DNA from: Candidatus Staskawiczbacteria bacterium
GTDB lineage: Bacteria > Patescibacteriota > Minisyncoccia > Minisyncoccales > Staskawiczbacteraceae
DNA length: 59,594 bases
NCBI GenBank assembly: GCA_023245145.1
Contig: JAHFKW010000001.1
Span: forward strand, 75,823-135,416
Direction of reading: 5' to 3'
In this document: positions 15,401 to 25,313 of the stretch, piece by piece
Numbering within the stretch: position 1 is the stretch's first letter
Layout: each line of letters opens with the position of its first letter
Program-made: the position numbers and the translations under genes
Notes under the pieces: model-generated
The model's database searches: none
Seen by the model: the letters and a program-made list of their open reading frames with translations, nothing else
What the model was told of the DNA's origin: nothing

Positions 15401-17374
15401 ATGAATTTCCAATTAGAATCAAAGTTCAAGCCCACCGGCGACCAGCCGACCGCCATCAGGGCACTGACGGAAAACCTCAAAAAAGGTGAAAAACACCAAG
15501 TGCTTTTGGGCGTCACAGGTTCTGGTAAAACTTTTACCATGGCTAATGTTATTCAAAAAATTCAAAAACCCACATTGATTATCTCCCCCAACAAAACTTT
15601 GGCCGCACAGCTTTACCAAGAAATGAAAGAATTTTTCCCCCACAACGGTGTGCACTATTTTGTGTCTTACTATGATTACTACCAACCCGAAGCCTATATC
15701 CCCCAAACCAACACCTACATTGAAAAAGATGCCAAAATTAATGAAGAAATTGACAGATTAAGACACTCCGCCGTCCAAGATGTGCTTTCCAGAAAAGACG
15801 TGATAGTAGTCGCATCGGTGTCTTGCATTTACAACATTGGCGCGCCCGAAAATTATCAAAATGTTTCTTTCACTATTAAAACCGGCCAAAAAATTACTCG
15901 TAAAGATTTTATCGGTCACCTGATAGCCATGCAGTATAAAAGAAATGACATTGAATTTAAACCGGCCACGTTCCGGGTGCGCGGAGATGTGATTGAAATT
16001 AATTTGGTAACCGGTGAAAAAACTCTACGTGTAGAATTTGGCGCCGAAAAAATTAAACGAATTTTTTCGGCGCAGGCAGGCGTTAGTCCGCGATTCATGC
16101 TTCATGCTTCAAGTTTCATGTTATTTCCTGCCACCTTCTGGACCGCCCCCCAAGACACCTTGCCTCTGGCCATTTCTAACATCCGACTGGAGCTACAAGA
16201 AAGACTAAAGGAATTAAAAAAACAAAAAAAGTTAGTAGAGGCAGAGCGCCTGGAAGAAAAAACCAATTACGACCTAGAAATGCTCCAAGAAACCGGTTTT
16301 TGCCAAGGCATTGAAAATTATTCCAGCCAGCTGGAGTTTCGCAAACCAGGTAGCCCGCCATTTTCTTTAGTTGATTATTTTGGTCACGCCAGTCCCGAAG
16401 GCTTTCTTATGTTTGTTGACGAGAGCCACATTGCCCTGCCACAAATCCGCGCCATGTCAGTGGGAGATAAATCCCGAAAAGAAACTTTAATTAATTATGG
16501 CTGGAGACTACCCAGTGCCATTGATAATCGACCACTCAAATGGGAAGAATTTGTGGAGCGCCAACCCCAAAGTGTGTATGTTTCCGCTACGCCCGCAGTG
16601 TATGAACAAGACAAGAGTGGCAAGCAAATTATAGAACAAATTATCCGCCCCACGGGACTTTTAGAGCCTTCCATTGAAATTCACCCAGCCTCCGCCAAGG
16701 CTTCGGCGGGCAAAGAAAAACCTTACAACCAAATTAAAGATGTGATGGAAGAAATTAAAAAAGAAGTAAACAAAGGCCACCGAGTTTTGGCAGTAACGCT
16801 GACCAAACGCTTAGCCGAAGAAATTGCCGATTATTTGGTGGACCATGGAATTAAGGCTCAATTTTTGCATTCGGAAATAAAAACCATGGAACGACCCAAA
16901 GTCTTAAACGATTTTAGGCGCGGAAAATTTGATGTGCTAGTGGGAATTAATTTACTTAGAGAGGGTTTGGATTTACCGGAAGTTTCATTGGTAGCTATTC
17001 TTGATGCCGACAAAGAAGGTTTTCTACGCAACGCCACCACCCTCATTCAAACCATGGGCCGAGCAGCGAGGCACGTGCATGGCCGAATTATCCTATACGC
17101 CGATAAAACCACTCTGTCTATGCGAGTGGCGATTAGTGAAATAAACCGCCGAAGAAAAATTCAAGAAGCTTACAATAAAAAACATAGCTTAACACCCCAA
17201 GCCATTGTTAAAGATATTCGCGATTGGGGATTTTCCAAGCCAGAGGATGTAACAAGCGAATTTGCGTTAGTACACGACAAAAAGTTATTAGAAAAAGAAA
17301 TGAAAATTGCCGCCAAGAATATGGATTTTGAGAGGGCAGCGGAAATAAGGGATTTACTAGGGAAGTTAAATTAA
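15401..17374 (+). CDS. uvrB: Excinuclease ABC subunit B
   Basis: GVTGSGKTFT, YFVSYYDYYQPEAY, DESH, VGINLLREGLDLPEVSLV, C-terminal UVR domain. Confidence 0.98.
   Translation: MNFQLESKFKPTGDQPTAIRALTENLKKGEKHQVLLGVTGSGKTFTMANVIQKIQKPTLIISPNKTLAAQLYQEMKEFFPHNGVHYFVSYYDYYQPEAYIPQTNTYIEKDAKINEEIDRLRHSAVQDVLSRKDVIVVASVSCIYNIGAPENYQNVSFTIKTGQKITRKDFIGHLIAMQYKRNDIEFKPATFRVRGDVIEINLVTGEKTLRVEFGAEKIKRIFSAQAGVSPRFMLHASSFMLFPATFWTAPQDTLPLAISNIRLELQERLKELKKQKKLVEAERLEEKTNYDLEMLQETGFCQGIENYSSQLEFRKPGSPPFSLVDYFGHASPEGFLMFVDESHIALPQIRAMSVGDKSRKETLINYGWRLPSAIDNRPLKWEEFVERQPQSVYVSATPAVYEQDKSGKQIIEQIIRPTGLLEPSIEIHPASAKASAGKEKPYNQIKDVMEEIKKEVNKGHRVLAVTLTKRLAEEIADYLVDHGIKAQFLHSEIKTMERPKVLNDFRRGKFDVLVGINLLREGLDLPEVSLVAILDADKEGFLRNATTLIQTMGRAARHVHGRIILYADKTTLSMRVAISEINRRRKIQEAYNKKHSLTPQAIVKDIRDWGFSKPEDVTSEFALVHDKKLLEKEMKIAAKNMDFERAAEIRDLLGKLN
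16094..16121. repeat. ttcatgc-type heptamer tandem inside uvrB
   Basis: ttcatgc ttcatgc ttcaagt ttcatgt; encodes FMLHASSFM. Confidence 0.75.
16684..16713. repeat. Palindromic repeat inside uvrB
   Basis: cccagcctccgccaaggcttcggcgggcaa; encodes PASAKASAG. Confidence 0.8.
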
Positions 17375-17377
17375 GTA

Positions 17378-17857
17378 TTACTTTCTTTTACGAATTTCTT
17401 TCAGATTTTCTGCAAACGCCCTTATTGGTTTTGCGCCCCTATAATTGCTAGCCTTATCCTGGGCCATTTTAATTTCTAAATCCTTGGCCATTAACTCACC
17501 CACTCTTTGAATTACGGCGGAGCTCAACTCTTGATCTTTCATATTTATTCCAGTATACAACCTGCTAAATTTCAGTTCTCCAAGCACCAAATCATCTAAG
17601 CTTACATCCTTTTTACCAACATTTTTATGAATTCTTATCACGCCACGATGAACTTTTTCTAAAAGAGCCTCATTTTGCTCTTGTATGTATGGAACCCATT
17701 GGCCATATCCCTTAGCTTTCAGTAACTCAAAGAGAGACTCGAAATCTTTAGATTCCAATATCCTTTTTTCAAAATCATCTCTTTCTACTTCCCAAGCTAA
17801 AGCCTCAAACTCCGAAGTCTTACCAATCTCTTTATCTAGATTTTCGCCTTCTGACAT
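17378..17857 (-). CDS. Hypothetical charged protein
   Basis: 159-aa ORF directly downstream of the J-domain gene with similar composition. Confidence 0.7.
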   Translation of the reverse strand: MSEGENLDKEIGKTSEFEALAWEVERDDFEKRILESKDFESLFELLKAKGYGQWVPYIQEQNEALLEKVHRGVIRIHKNVGKKDVSLDDLVLGELKFSRLYTGINMKDQELSSAVIQRVGELMAKDLEIKMAQDKASNYRGAKPIRAFAENLKEIRKRK

Positions 17858-17872
17858 ATGTTTATCAATTAG

Positions 17873-20800
17873 TTATTTTTTACTGTTTTTGAACTCTTCC
17901 CTCTGTTTCTCGATAGCCCCTTCCAACTGCTCTCTTGAGGCTAAATCTTTATACAATCCCAACATACCATAAGTCTGCAACTGAGCAAGTTTGGGCATAT
18001 TATTTAGTATGTTTATGACTTCCTCTGTGGAATCTTCAAAATTAAATTGTTTCTTAAAAACATTCCCCCAGGGAGCTATTTCTGGCCTAGTTACAGGCTC
18101 AACACCTTCGTTTTTTAGTTTTTTGATTTTTGCGTCTCTATTCCTCTTTTCGATCAGTGATTCTCCACCAACTCCAGCCAAGAACAGCTGAGCTCCTAAT
18201 CTATCAATTTCTGCTTCTAGCTTTTTCTTTTCCGACTCGTCGGTTGTGCTTGCGAGCATAGCCTCTTTCATTTCTATCTCTCCCCTTAGTAACTCACGCT
18301 CCTTTCTTTCTAATTTTTTAACTTCGCTATTCTTGATAGCTCTTTTTGAGCCCTTATCTGGATTGAAGCCGAGACCACTAGGCATCTTTGCTAGTTCTTT
18401 CCTTGCTCTACCTAAATCTTCTCTTACCACTTCTAGTGGTGTTTTTACTTTGGACTTCTTTTTTTCATTCACCTCCTTTTTAATCCCTTTGGCCTCCAAA
18501 AATCCCTCAACCAAAGTTGGCCATTCATCAGCAGAATTACACTCGTTGCTTAAAAGCATTCTGGTTTTGTTAATAGCACCTTTTTCATCCCAGCCTTTTT
18601 TCTGGAAAAATTCTATTAAGTTATACATAGCGATTACACTCTTTTCCACTTTTACCCGGTATTCATTCACCAAGATCTCTTTGGCAATTTTAGAATGAAC
18701 ATCTGCTGCTGCCGAAGCCAGCGCACCTCTTACAAAGTTGTATAAACTTTCTGGATCAAAGAATAGTTTTACTTTCACTCTCAAAGATTCTAAGCTATTA
18801 GAAGCTGCCATCGCGATAAATTCATCAGCGAATCTTATTAGAGCTTCTTCCTTTTTGGCAGTAAAATATTTCTTTGCACCCTCTTCATTCTCATTCTGGT
18901 TCTCGGCATATTCATTAAGTAACTCTTGGGCCTTTAATTTTTTAGATCGACTCCTATCACCAAATTGCAAATGAGAATTTTCGTGCTTTGCTGTTAGTTT
19001 GCCACTCTGATCTTTCTTCCCCTTTCTGACTTCTTGGTTTTTATTCACCATCATCCATGAAAATCCACCAGTAAATCCTTTGCCTCCCAGAACTTTTTTA
19101 CCTACTTTTTTGGTAATTTTATTTGCCAGGTCGGTATCATCAACTTCTACTGCCAGCCCCCATGGCCCAACGCTTATTTTAACTTTTTTAGCTTCGTCTT
19201 CGGTAAAATCATTTCGTTCACTTATAGTATTAAGCAGCTCCACATTATTTTCTCGTGGTTTCTCAAAAACTACCATAGCTTTTTCTTTCTCTATTTTATA
19301 TCTTCCTATATGTTTCAAAAGAATGCTCTTTTGATCTTCATCAAAAGCATAAGTCTTATCAAACTGTTTTATTACCTGTTCTAATTTATTAATAATATCA
19401 TTGAGATTGCTAGTTGCATAATGCTCTATCATTTCATTGACCATGCCACGGCAATCGGCCAAAGCTTCTTGGCGGATGGCTTTCTTTTCTGGTACCAGAG
19501 CCCCTTCAAGTTGCTCGGGAGAGTTTTTTTCTATTATCTCTTTAAACTTTTCGTTCCAAGAAACTCTTACTTCTTTTGCGGGCTCAGCTTCTGGTTTTTT
19601 TGTGGCAGGAACCGTTTCCACTGTCCTTTTTACATGCCGTTTTCCTGTTGGGCCGGTAAACTTTTTTGAGGCTTCATCGATCTTTTCAGCCCATCGAGGC
19701 ATTTCTCTTTCGTCATGTTCATATCGTGCATTTAATTCTTTTATGGCATGTGGCAAGGCCAATCCCACGCTTAATACACTCGTGAGAACAGGAGCTCGTC
19801 GAGCACACCACTTAAGCGCGCCGGAAACCGCTTTTAGTCCAGTCCATTTCATTGCAAAATCAGTGGTTTTCTTCCACCATGATGGACTAACCTTCTCTTC
19901 AAGTCGGTCAATTTGGCCCAATAAACGGTCTACACTTGTTTGGTCTTCCTCTGCCTGGGCTTTTTTCACAGATACGTTAAGCTTCTTTATTCTATCTTCG
20001 TAGTCTTCTGGGCTGTTCAAATAATCTTCCTTGGCCCAGCGCACACTACGTTCAATTACTTCTATTTTGTAATCTAAAGCCTCTATTTGAGCCTCATAAC
20101 TTTTAATCAGCTTTTTAGTAGCCTTACCCGACCCCCTTTCTTCTGCTGATGCCAACAATCTTTCATATCGCTCTCTATCTGCTAGTAAATTTTGATATTG
20201 CCTAACATCATCTGGCAAATAGTTTTCTACATCTGCTTCTTCTTGTGTTCTTGCAAATGTTTCCTCTAAAGATCTTTTCGCAACTTTCGATCCACTAGTC
20301 AGCGCATCCTCGGGCTTTTCCGCTAACTTGCTTTTTAGCTCATCTATTTCTTTTTGTTCTTTCTCTAGGTCTTTTTCCATCCGCTCGAAATCAAACGTCA
20401 TTGGAATTTCTGCCACTTTACCTGGCCCAGCTCCTACAGCCGGAGCTGCGACAACAACCTCAGGTTTACTTGCCAACTTTTTCATGTCCATAATCGGCGG
20501 GTTTTCAACCACTGTCACCTGTGTTATAGAATTAGGATCTAGCACCAACTTGGTATCAATTTTTGCTGAATCTTCTTTAATTAAGTTCCTTTTTCTATAT
20601 TCTTCTAAAAGTAAATTATGTAACTTGGTATGCCACCCACTATAATCGGGGTACCTTGCCCAACTATTTTCAAATTCTTTATCAAAATCTTCTAAGCTTA
20701 TCGCAGGGTGCTTGTCTAAAGAGAAAGTTGATCCTGAATCTAGCATCATATCTATAAGATTAGACACGTCCTGTCTTACATCAGCTTCCTCTTTAACTGA

Positions 20801-21175
20801 CTCACCAGTACCTTTGTCAATAATCACCTCTCCTGTATCGGGGTCTCTTTTTTCACCTACAATTATTAATTTAGCCTCTTCAAAATCTGAGACTGCTTTT
20901 GCTAAATCAGATAAACTTTCCGCATGATAAACACTTCTCGCATCCTTGTCTTTAATAAGGTCATAGGCACTATGCACTTCTTGAAGTTTTATAGCAGCTT
21001 GGACATCCCCCGTATTTCTATCAGGAGCGTATTGTCCCTTCAAATTTCTAGCCGCTTTGTCTATCTCGTCCTGCGAAGCACGATTAGGAACTCCCAGTAT
21101 TTCGTAGGGGTTTCCAGACTGTGCTCTTTCTTGGGGTATTGGTAATTGATCGAGTTTTGGACCATTATCAGACAT
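17873..21175 (-). CDS. Large coiled-coil protein with N-terminal J-like domain and a HExxH motif
   Basis: NPYEILGV...YAPDRN...AYDLIKD (J-domain pattern, HPD replaced by APD); KHENSH with a downstream DEFIA; E/K-rich coiled coils. Confidence 0.8.
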   Translation of the reverse strand: MSDNGPKLDQLPIPQERAQSGNPYEILGVPNRASQDEIDKAARNLKGQYAPDRNTGDVQAAIKLQEVHSAYDLIKDKDARSVYHAESLSDLAKAVSDFEEAKLIIVGEKRDPDTGEVIIDKGTGESVKEEADVRQDVSNLIDMMLDSGSTFSLDKHPAISLEDFDKEFENSWARYPDYSGWHTKLHNLLLEEYRKRNLIKEDSAKIDTKLVLDPNSITQVTVVENPPIMDMKKLASKPEVVVAAPAVGAGPGKVAEIPMTFDFERMEKDLEKEQKEIDELKSKLAEKPEDALTSGSKVAKRSLEETFARTQEEADVENYLPDDVRQYQNLLADRERYERLLASAEERGSGKATKKLIKSYEAQIEALDYKIEVIERSVRWAKEDYLNSPEDYEDRIKKLNVSVKKAQAEEDQTSVDRLLGQIDRLEEKVSPSWWKKTTDFAMKWTGLKAVSGALKWCARRAPVLTSVLSVGLALPHAIKELNARYEHDEREMPRWAEKIDEASKKFTGPTGKRHVKRTVETVPATKKPEAEPAKEVRVSWNEKFKEIIEKNSPEQLEGALVPEKKAIRQEALADCRGMVNEMIEHYATSNLNDIINKLEQVIKQFDKTYAFDEDQKSILLKHIGRYKIEKEKAMVVFEKPRENNVELLNTISERNDFTEDEAKKVKISVGPWGLAVEVDDTDLANKITKKVGKKVLGGKGFTGGFSWMMVNKNQEVRKGKKDQSGKLTAKHENSHLQFGDRSRSKKLKAQELLNEYAENQNENEEGAKKYFTAKKEEALIRFADEFIAMAASNSLESLRVKVKLFFDPESLYNFVRGALASAAADVHSKIAKEILVNEYRVKVEKSVIAMYNLIEFFQKKGWDEKGAINKTRMLLSNECNSADEWPTLVEGFLEAKGIKKEVNEKKKSKVKTPLEVVREDLGRARKELAKMPSGLGFNPDKGSKRAIKNSEVKKLERKERELLRGEIEMKEAMLASTTDESEKKKLEAEIDRLGAQLFLAGVGGESLIEKRNRDAKIKKLKNEGVEPVTRPEIAPWGNVFKKQFNFEDSTEEVINILNNMPKLAQLQTYGMLGLYKDLASREQLEGAIEKQREEFKNSKK

Positions 21176-21258
21176 AGATATAAATTTAATAATAGATATT
21201 ATTTAATCTTATCATTTTACTATTATAAATAGCAATATGCCCAAATAAAATTACATAC

Positions 21259-21304
21259 AAAAAGGCGCTGCAACACTTCACAACAAGTGAAGGTGCAACG
21301 CCTT
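21259..21304 (-). terminator. Probable terminator of cassette 5
   Basis: aaggcg...cgcctt imperfect stem with an inner cactt/aagtg hairpin and a 5-U tract. Confidence 0.55.
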
Positions 21305-21360
21305 GATTCGCTAGACAGACCCGACAACAGAAAGAACTGGGCTATAGGTTTAGTATTGGG

Positions 21361-22446
21361 CTAATCTGAATTGCCGACGCGAACTTCTTGTTCGCGATTA
21401 GCAGCTTTGACCGCCCGGCGGATCAGGTGCCAAAAGGTTTGGAGCTTGCCAAGGTACTCCTCGGCAAGTTCCTCCGACAGACCCATGTCCCGCCTGATGG
21501 CCTTGACGACCTTCGGGAAACTTTCGCCACGCCCGGGAACGTAGCGAGCATTGACCTCTCCCAAGGTCAAACGCATCTTCTTTCCCAGAGCATAGTCACG
21601 CCACCTGGTGAAGGGTGCGCCTCCCACGCCATCGATGAGCGAAACCTTGCCACCGACACTTTCGACGAGGACCTGCCCACCGAACCGCCAGTGGGTCGTT
21701 TCCTTACTGTCGTTGTCCTTGCGACGGACCACCTCCTTGTCAACATTCAGGTAACATCTTCCTGGAACACCGTCACGCAACTGATCAAGCGTGATGGTCC
21801 CCTGGGCTTGAAGCTCCCTTGAACGACGATTCCATTCGTCTTGCATTCTTTGACTAAAAGCGGCAGCGATTCGCCGGATTTCGTCATCCTCACTGCGCTC
21901 CATTGTCGCGCAGTTGATGCACTTGAGGTGCTCATATCCGATGAGAATCGCCTCCGGGTCATCACTCTTGGCGTGCTCCATCAAGCCCCGCGACCGCAAT
22001 TGGTAAGCGGCGCGATGGTAGTCCTCCAGTGACCGGCAGGTCTTTTGGAGAAAAAACTTGATGAGGGTCGCCGCGATGGCGGTGCGAAAGATGGGGTCGG
22101 ACTCGGCGTAGCATTCCTTCAAGAACGCATAAACCTTGTCAGTCTCCGTCTTTAACTCCTTCATCAAGAGCCGACGCTCATCGGGTGTACCCAGGCGATC
22201 CATCTCCTCTTCCACGTCCCGTTCCCACCCGAGGGCTTTGAGGAGATTCACCTTGAGCTGTTTGATCTTGGCAAGCTGTTGTTCAACAACCGCCCGAGTC
22301 TGGTCCATACCCCTGACCTCAACCTTTTGGGGCGAGGTCAAGTCCAACGTGGCAGCATTCTGCCGGAGCCTTTCGGGCGCCGGAAGAAGCTTGGGCATGG
22401 GGGTGACACGTAATCTCTTCATCATTTTTTCGAACTCACTCTGCAT
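21361..22446 (-). CDS. GC-rich hypothetical protein (solo cassette 5)
   Basis: 361-aa ORF; GGGAGGGAG 6 nt upstream; 38 of 60 bases are G/C in line 21601-21660. Confidence 0.8.
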   Translation of the reverse strand: MQSEFEKMMKRLRVTPMPKLLPAPERLRQNAATLDLTSPQKVEVRGMDQTRAVVEQQLAKIKQLKVNLLKALGWERDVEEEMDRLGTPDERRLLMKELKTETDKVYAFLKECYAESDPIFRTAIAATLIKFFLQKTCRSLEDYHRAAYQLRSRGLMEHAKSDDPEAILIGYEHLKCINCATMERSEDDEIRRIAAAFSQRMQDEWNRRSRELQAQGTITLDQLRDGVPGRCYLNVDKEVVRRKDNDSKETTHWRFGGQVLVESVGGKVSLIDGVGGAPFTRWRDYALGKKMRLTLGEVNARYVPGRGESFPKVVKAIRRDMGLSEELAEEYLGKLQTFWHLIRRAVKAANREQEVRVGNSD

Positions 22447-22506
22447 GTTTTGCTCCCTCCCAGAGCTAAGGTCCGTGTAGCGAATTGGTATAAGGTTCTA
22501 ATATCT

Positions 22507-22535
22507 ATTCTAGCACTAACAAAGAAGCTTGTCAA
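22507..22535 (-). promoter_or_regulatory. Near-consensus sigma70 promoter of cassette 5
   Basis: TTGACA-N17-TAGAAT with an extended TG. Confidence 0.75.
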
Positions 22536-22575
22536 GAGTTGTAAATTCTATGAGTATTTGTTAGAGTGCTTGCAT

Positions 22576-22842
22576 ATGCCAATTACTAAGTCCGCCAAAA
22601 AGGCGATTCGTCAAACCAAAAGGCGAAGAGTCCATAATCTGCTTTACATTAATAAAATTAAAAACGTCGTTAAGGATGTGAGGACTTTTGTTTTGCAAAA
22701 AAAAATGGCTGAAGCAAAAGAGTTGTTGCCAAAAGTTTATCAAATTTTAGACAAAGCCGCTAAAGTGGGAATCATCAAAAAAAATAACGCCGACCGCAGA
22801 AAATCCAGAATTACCAAGATGATTGATAGGGCCTCTAAATAA
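22576..22842 (+). CDS. rpsT: 30S ribosomal protein S20
   Basis: MPITKSAKKAIRQ...LDKAAKVGIIKKNNADRRKSR; start trimmed to ATG 22576. Confidence 0.96.
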   Translation: MPITKSAKKAIRQTKRRRVHNLLYINKIKNVVKDVRTFVLQKKMAEAKELLPKVYQILDKAAKVGIIKKNNADRRKSRITKMIDRASK

Positions 22843-22854
22843 ATTTATATATTT

Positions 22855-22886
22855 CAATAGGCGCGCCCCGCGGGGCGCGCCTATTG
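22855..22886. terminator. Perfect 32-bp GC-rich palindrome between convergent genes
   Basis: caataggcgcgccccg/cggggcgcgcctattg. Confidence 0.7.
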
Positions 22887-22891
22887 TATTA

Positions 22892-23395
22892 TTACTCAAT
22901 ATCATCCTTACCCTCATCATCCGAAATTGAATCTCTAAGTTTTCGTGCTTCTTCTAACTCTTGTTGCCTCCTAAGCCTATCGGCTCTAAGTCTTTCATTA
23001 AGTTTCTTCATCCTCTTACTTTCTTGTTCTTGGGTTAGCTGTTTGGCCTCTCTGAACCTTAATTCTGCTATTTTCATTATTAATGTATAAGACTCATCTT
23101 GGCTCATGTAGCTATCCATTTCTGCTTGTAAATCCTCTGTTCTTAATGCTTCCAACCCAGCGACAGAACTCCTATCCATACTGCCAGCGTTCTCTTCATA
23201 ATAAAAAACTTGTTTAATCTTATCTACTATTTTCCCCATAAGATATTTCCCATCATAACCCCTTTGCTCCAGCGTTGTTGTGATAACTTCATATAACTGC
23301 TCTGTGGTAGACGCAGCCTCTATTTTTGTTTCAAACGGGGTTTTAACTCTTGTCTTCTCAGCATCAATTTTTGGTTCTTCATCTTTTAAACTCAT
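22892..23395 (-). CDS. Hypothetical charged/coiled-coil protein
   Basis: 167-aa ORF with an E/R/K-rich C-terminus. Confidence 0.7.
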   Translation of the reverse strand: MSLKDEEPKIDAEKTRVKTPFETKIEAASTTEQLYEVITTTLEQRGYDGKYLMGKIVDKIKQVFYYEENAGSMDRSSVAGLEALRTEDLQAEMDSYMSQDESYTLIMKIAELRFREAKQLTQEQESKRMKKLNERLRADRLRRQQELEEARKLRDSISDDEGKDDIE

Positions 23396-23430
23396 ATTTT
23401 TATTATTAATGTTATTGGCGTAATTATAGA

Positions 23431-24435
23431 TTAGATTTGCGCCACCAGCAAGTCCAGTGCCGTCTCTGCTTCCACTTTTCCCGTTTTGATATCACTATCA
23501 ATTTGAAAAATCCGACGATAGATTTTTTTCAATTCTTCAAAAGAAAATTGACTGCACATAAAATAATTCTTCTTAACTACAAATGGATGCAATCCGCTTT
23601 TTTTTTCAATGGATGCGTACATTAATCCCTTTTCTGCCAGCTCTTTGACCATCAGTAAATTCCTAAACTGCCAACCAATCATAGAAAGTAAATACAAGGG
23701 TGCTTCACCGCCATCTAAGTGTTTTTTGAGCAACAACAATGCCTGTTTTTTATTCTTCGTGGCCAACGCGTCAATGGTTTTAAAAATATCATTTTCAACG
23801 TTCGGCCGTACTAATGCTTCCACATCATCTTTTCTAATACTTCGACCCTGCTTAGCACTAACGTCACCCGCCGTAAAATTCGCCAGTTTTTTTAATTCGC
23901 CGGATAATCTCCATAAATCCGCTCCCACATAGCTTATCAGTAAATCCATGGCATCCAGATTAATTTTCCCCCGTAACTTTTCCAATTCTTTTTGAGTCCA
24001 AGCTTTTAACTGTCTGCCATCCAGCAAAGCAAACTCCTGACACTTACATTCTTTTAATAAACTTTTAAACAATTTCAGACGCTTATCACATTCCCCATCT
24101 TCATACACCACCACCACATCTTGCATATTTTCTAAACTTTTTATTTCTTCATAAAATTCTTCTTGAAATTTTTTAGCCTGCCCTGAACCTGCCTGCCCTG
24201 AGGCATTCGAATGGGTCGAAGAGCCCGCAAACACGTTTTTTAAAATCACTAACTTTTTTTCGGCAAACATGGATGAAATTTTAAATTGGTCATAAAAGTC
24301 AGAAAAGTTCACTTTCAAAGCATCCACATACATCAAACTCAACCCACTTTTCCCGGAAGACTTATAGTGACTGATGACTTCTTCTAATTTTTGCCTAGAC
24401 CTATATGAATCTTGTCCGTATAAAAATATAATCAT
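23431..24435 (-). CDS. holA: DNA polymerase III delta subunit
   Basis: MIIFLYGQD, SMFAEKKLVIL, ELKKL, IFKTIDA, LHPFVVKK, DSDIKTG; ATGA overlap with mutM. Confidence 0.92.
   Translation of the reverse strand: MIIFLYGQDSYRSRQKLEEVISHYKSSGKSGLSLMYVDALKVNFSDFYDQFKISSMFAEKKLVILKNVFAGSSTHSNASGQAGSGQAKKFQEEFYEEIKSLENMQDVVVVYEDGECDKRLKLFKSLLKECKCQEFALLDGRQLKAWTQKELEKLRGKINLDAMDLLISYVGADLWRLSGELKKLANFTAGDVSAKQGRSIRKDDVEALVRPNVENDIFKTIDALATKNKKQALLLLKKHLDGGEAPLYLLSMIGWQFRNLLMVKELAEKGLMYASIEKKSGLHPFVVKKNYFMCSQFSFEELKKIYRRIFQIDSDIKTGKVEAETALDLLVAQI
24176..24224. repeat. gcctgccctgag...gtcgaa family repeat inside holA
   Basis: Encodes the insertion SSTHSNASGQAGSGQA; related copy in comM at 51899-51923. 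Confidence 0.8.
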
Positions 24436-25313
24436 AAATTTTGACATTTTGGGCAATAAAAAGAATTTCGCTGTCCAATTTTTAAAGCCTTAATTAAGGT
24501 TTTGCACTTAAAGCACTTTTCGCCTTTTCTTTGATAGACTCTTTTTGAACCTTCAAATTTACCTTTTTCTCCGTTCACATTCCGATAATCCGAAAAACTA
24601 TCGCCACCAAAATTAATTCCCAATTGTAGTACTTTTTTAATGGCCACGTAGAGTGCTTTCAATTCTGCCAGGCTCAAATGCGAAACATCCTTGGCCGGAT
24701 GGATTTTGGCCCACCATAAAGCTTCTGAAGCATAAATATTCCCCACGCCGGCAATAAATTGTGGTCGCATAATCACTTCTTTTACTTTGCCCTTTTTCAC
24801 CACAAATAATTCTTCAAAGTTTTTAAACGTAAAACTTTTTTCCAATGGCTCCGGCCCCAGACCCTCAAATTCTGCCAGCAAATCCTTGGTCAAAACCAAC
24901 TCTATCTTGGCAAACTTCCTAACATCCGACAAGGCAATCATCTGACTATTATTTAAGAAAAATATAATATGCAAATATCCGTTTATCTTTTCATCCAGTG
25001 GCCCGGCATTTTTTGCCACCCATGTTCCATGTTTCATGCTCCATGCTCCACAAAGCAGATGCCCCGTCATTTTCATGTGAATTAAAAGAGAATATCCACC
25101 AGACAATTCAAACACCACATTTTTAGCTCTGCGCCAAACCCGAATAATTTTTTTGTTTTTTAGTAACTTTTTAAATAAATCAAATCCGCCAGCTGACGGA
25201 GTCGGTTTTTTAACTACCTTTTTATGATCGCTCCACACATCAACAAAGGTCCTGCCCAAAACCTTCTCCTGTAAACCATTCACTGTTGTCTGGACTTCAG
25301 GTAGTTCGGGCAT
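24432..25313 (-). CDS. mutM: Formamidopyrimidine-DNA glycosylase
   Basis: MPELPEV, HMKMTG, DVRKF, LGPEPL, AGVGNIYASEAL, C4 zinc finger CFKC..CPKCQ. Confidence 0.96.
   Translation of the reverse strand: MPELPEVQTTVNGLQEKVLGRTFVDVWSDHKKVVKKPTPSAGGFDLFKKLLKNKKIIRVWRRAKNVVFELSGGYSLLIHMKMTGHLLCGAWSMKHGTWVAKNAGPLDEKINGYLHIIFFLNNSQMIALSDVRKFAKIELVLTKDLLAEFEGLGPEPLEKSFTFKNFEELFVVKKGKVKEVIMRPQFIAGVGNIYASEALWWAKIHPAKDVSHLSLAELKALYVAIKKVLQLGINFGGDSFSDYRNVNGEKGKFEGSKRVYQRKGEKCFKCKTLIKALKIGQRNSFYCPKCQNL
25020..25050. repeat. ccatgtt/ccatgct heptamer tandem inside mutM
   Basis: ccatgtt ccatgtt tcatgct ccatgct; encodes WSMKHGTW. Confidence 0.75.

Noticed and set aside
22450..22575. N-terminal extension of S20 in the ORF track
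   Set aside because: S20 homology begins at MPITKSAKK (22576); the extension overlaps the divergent cassette promoter.
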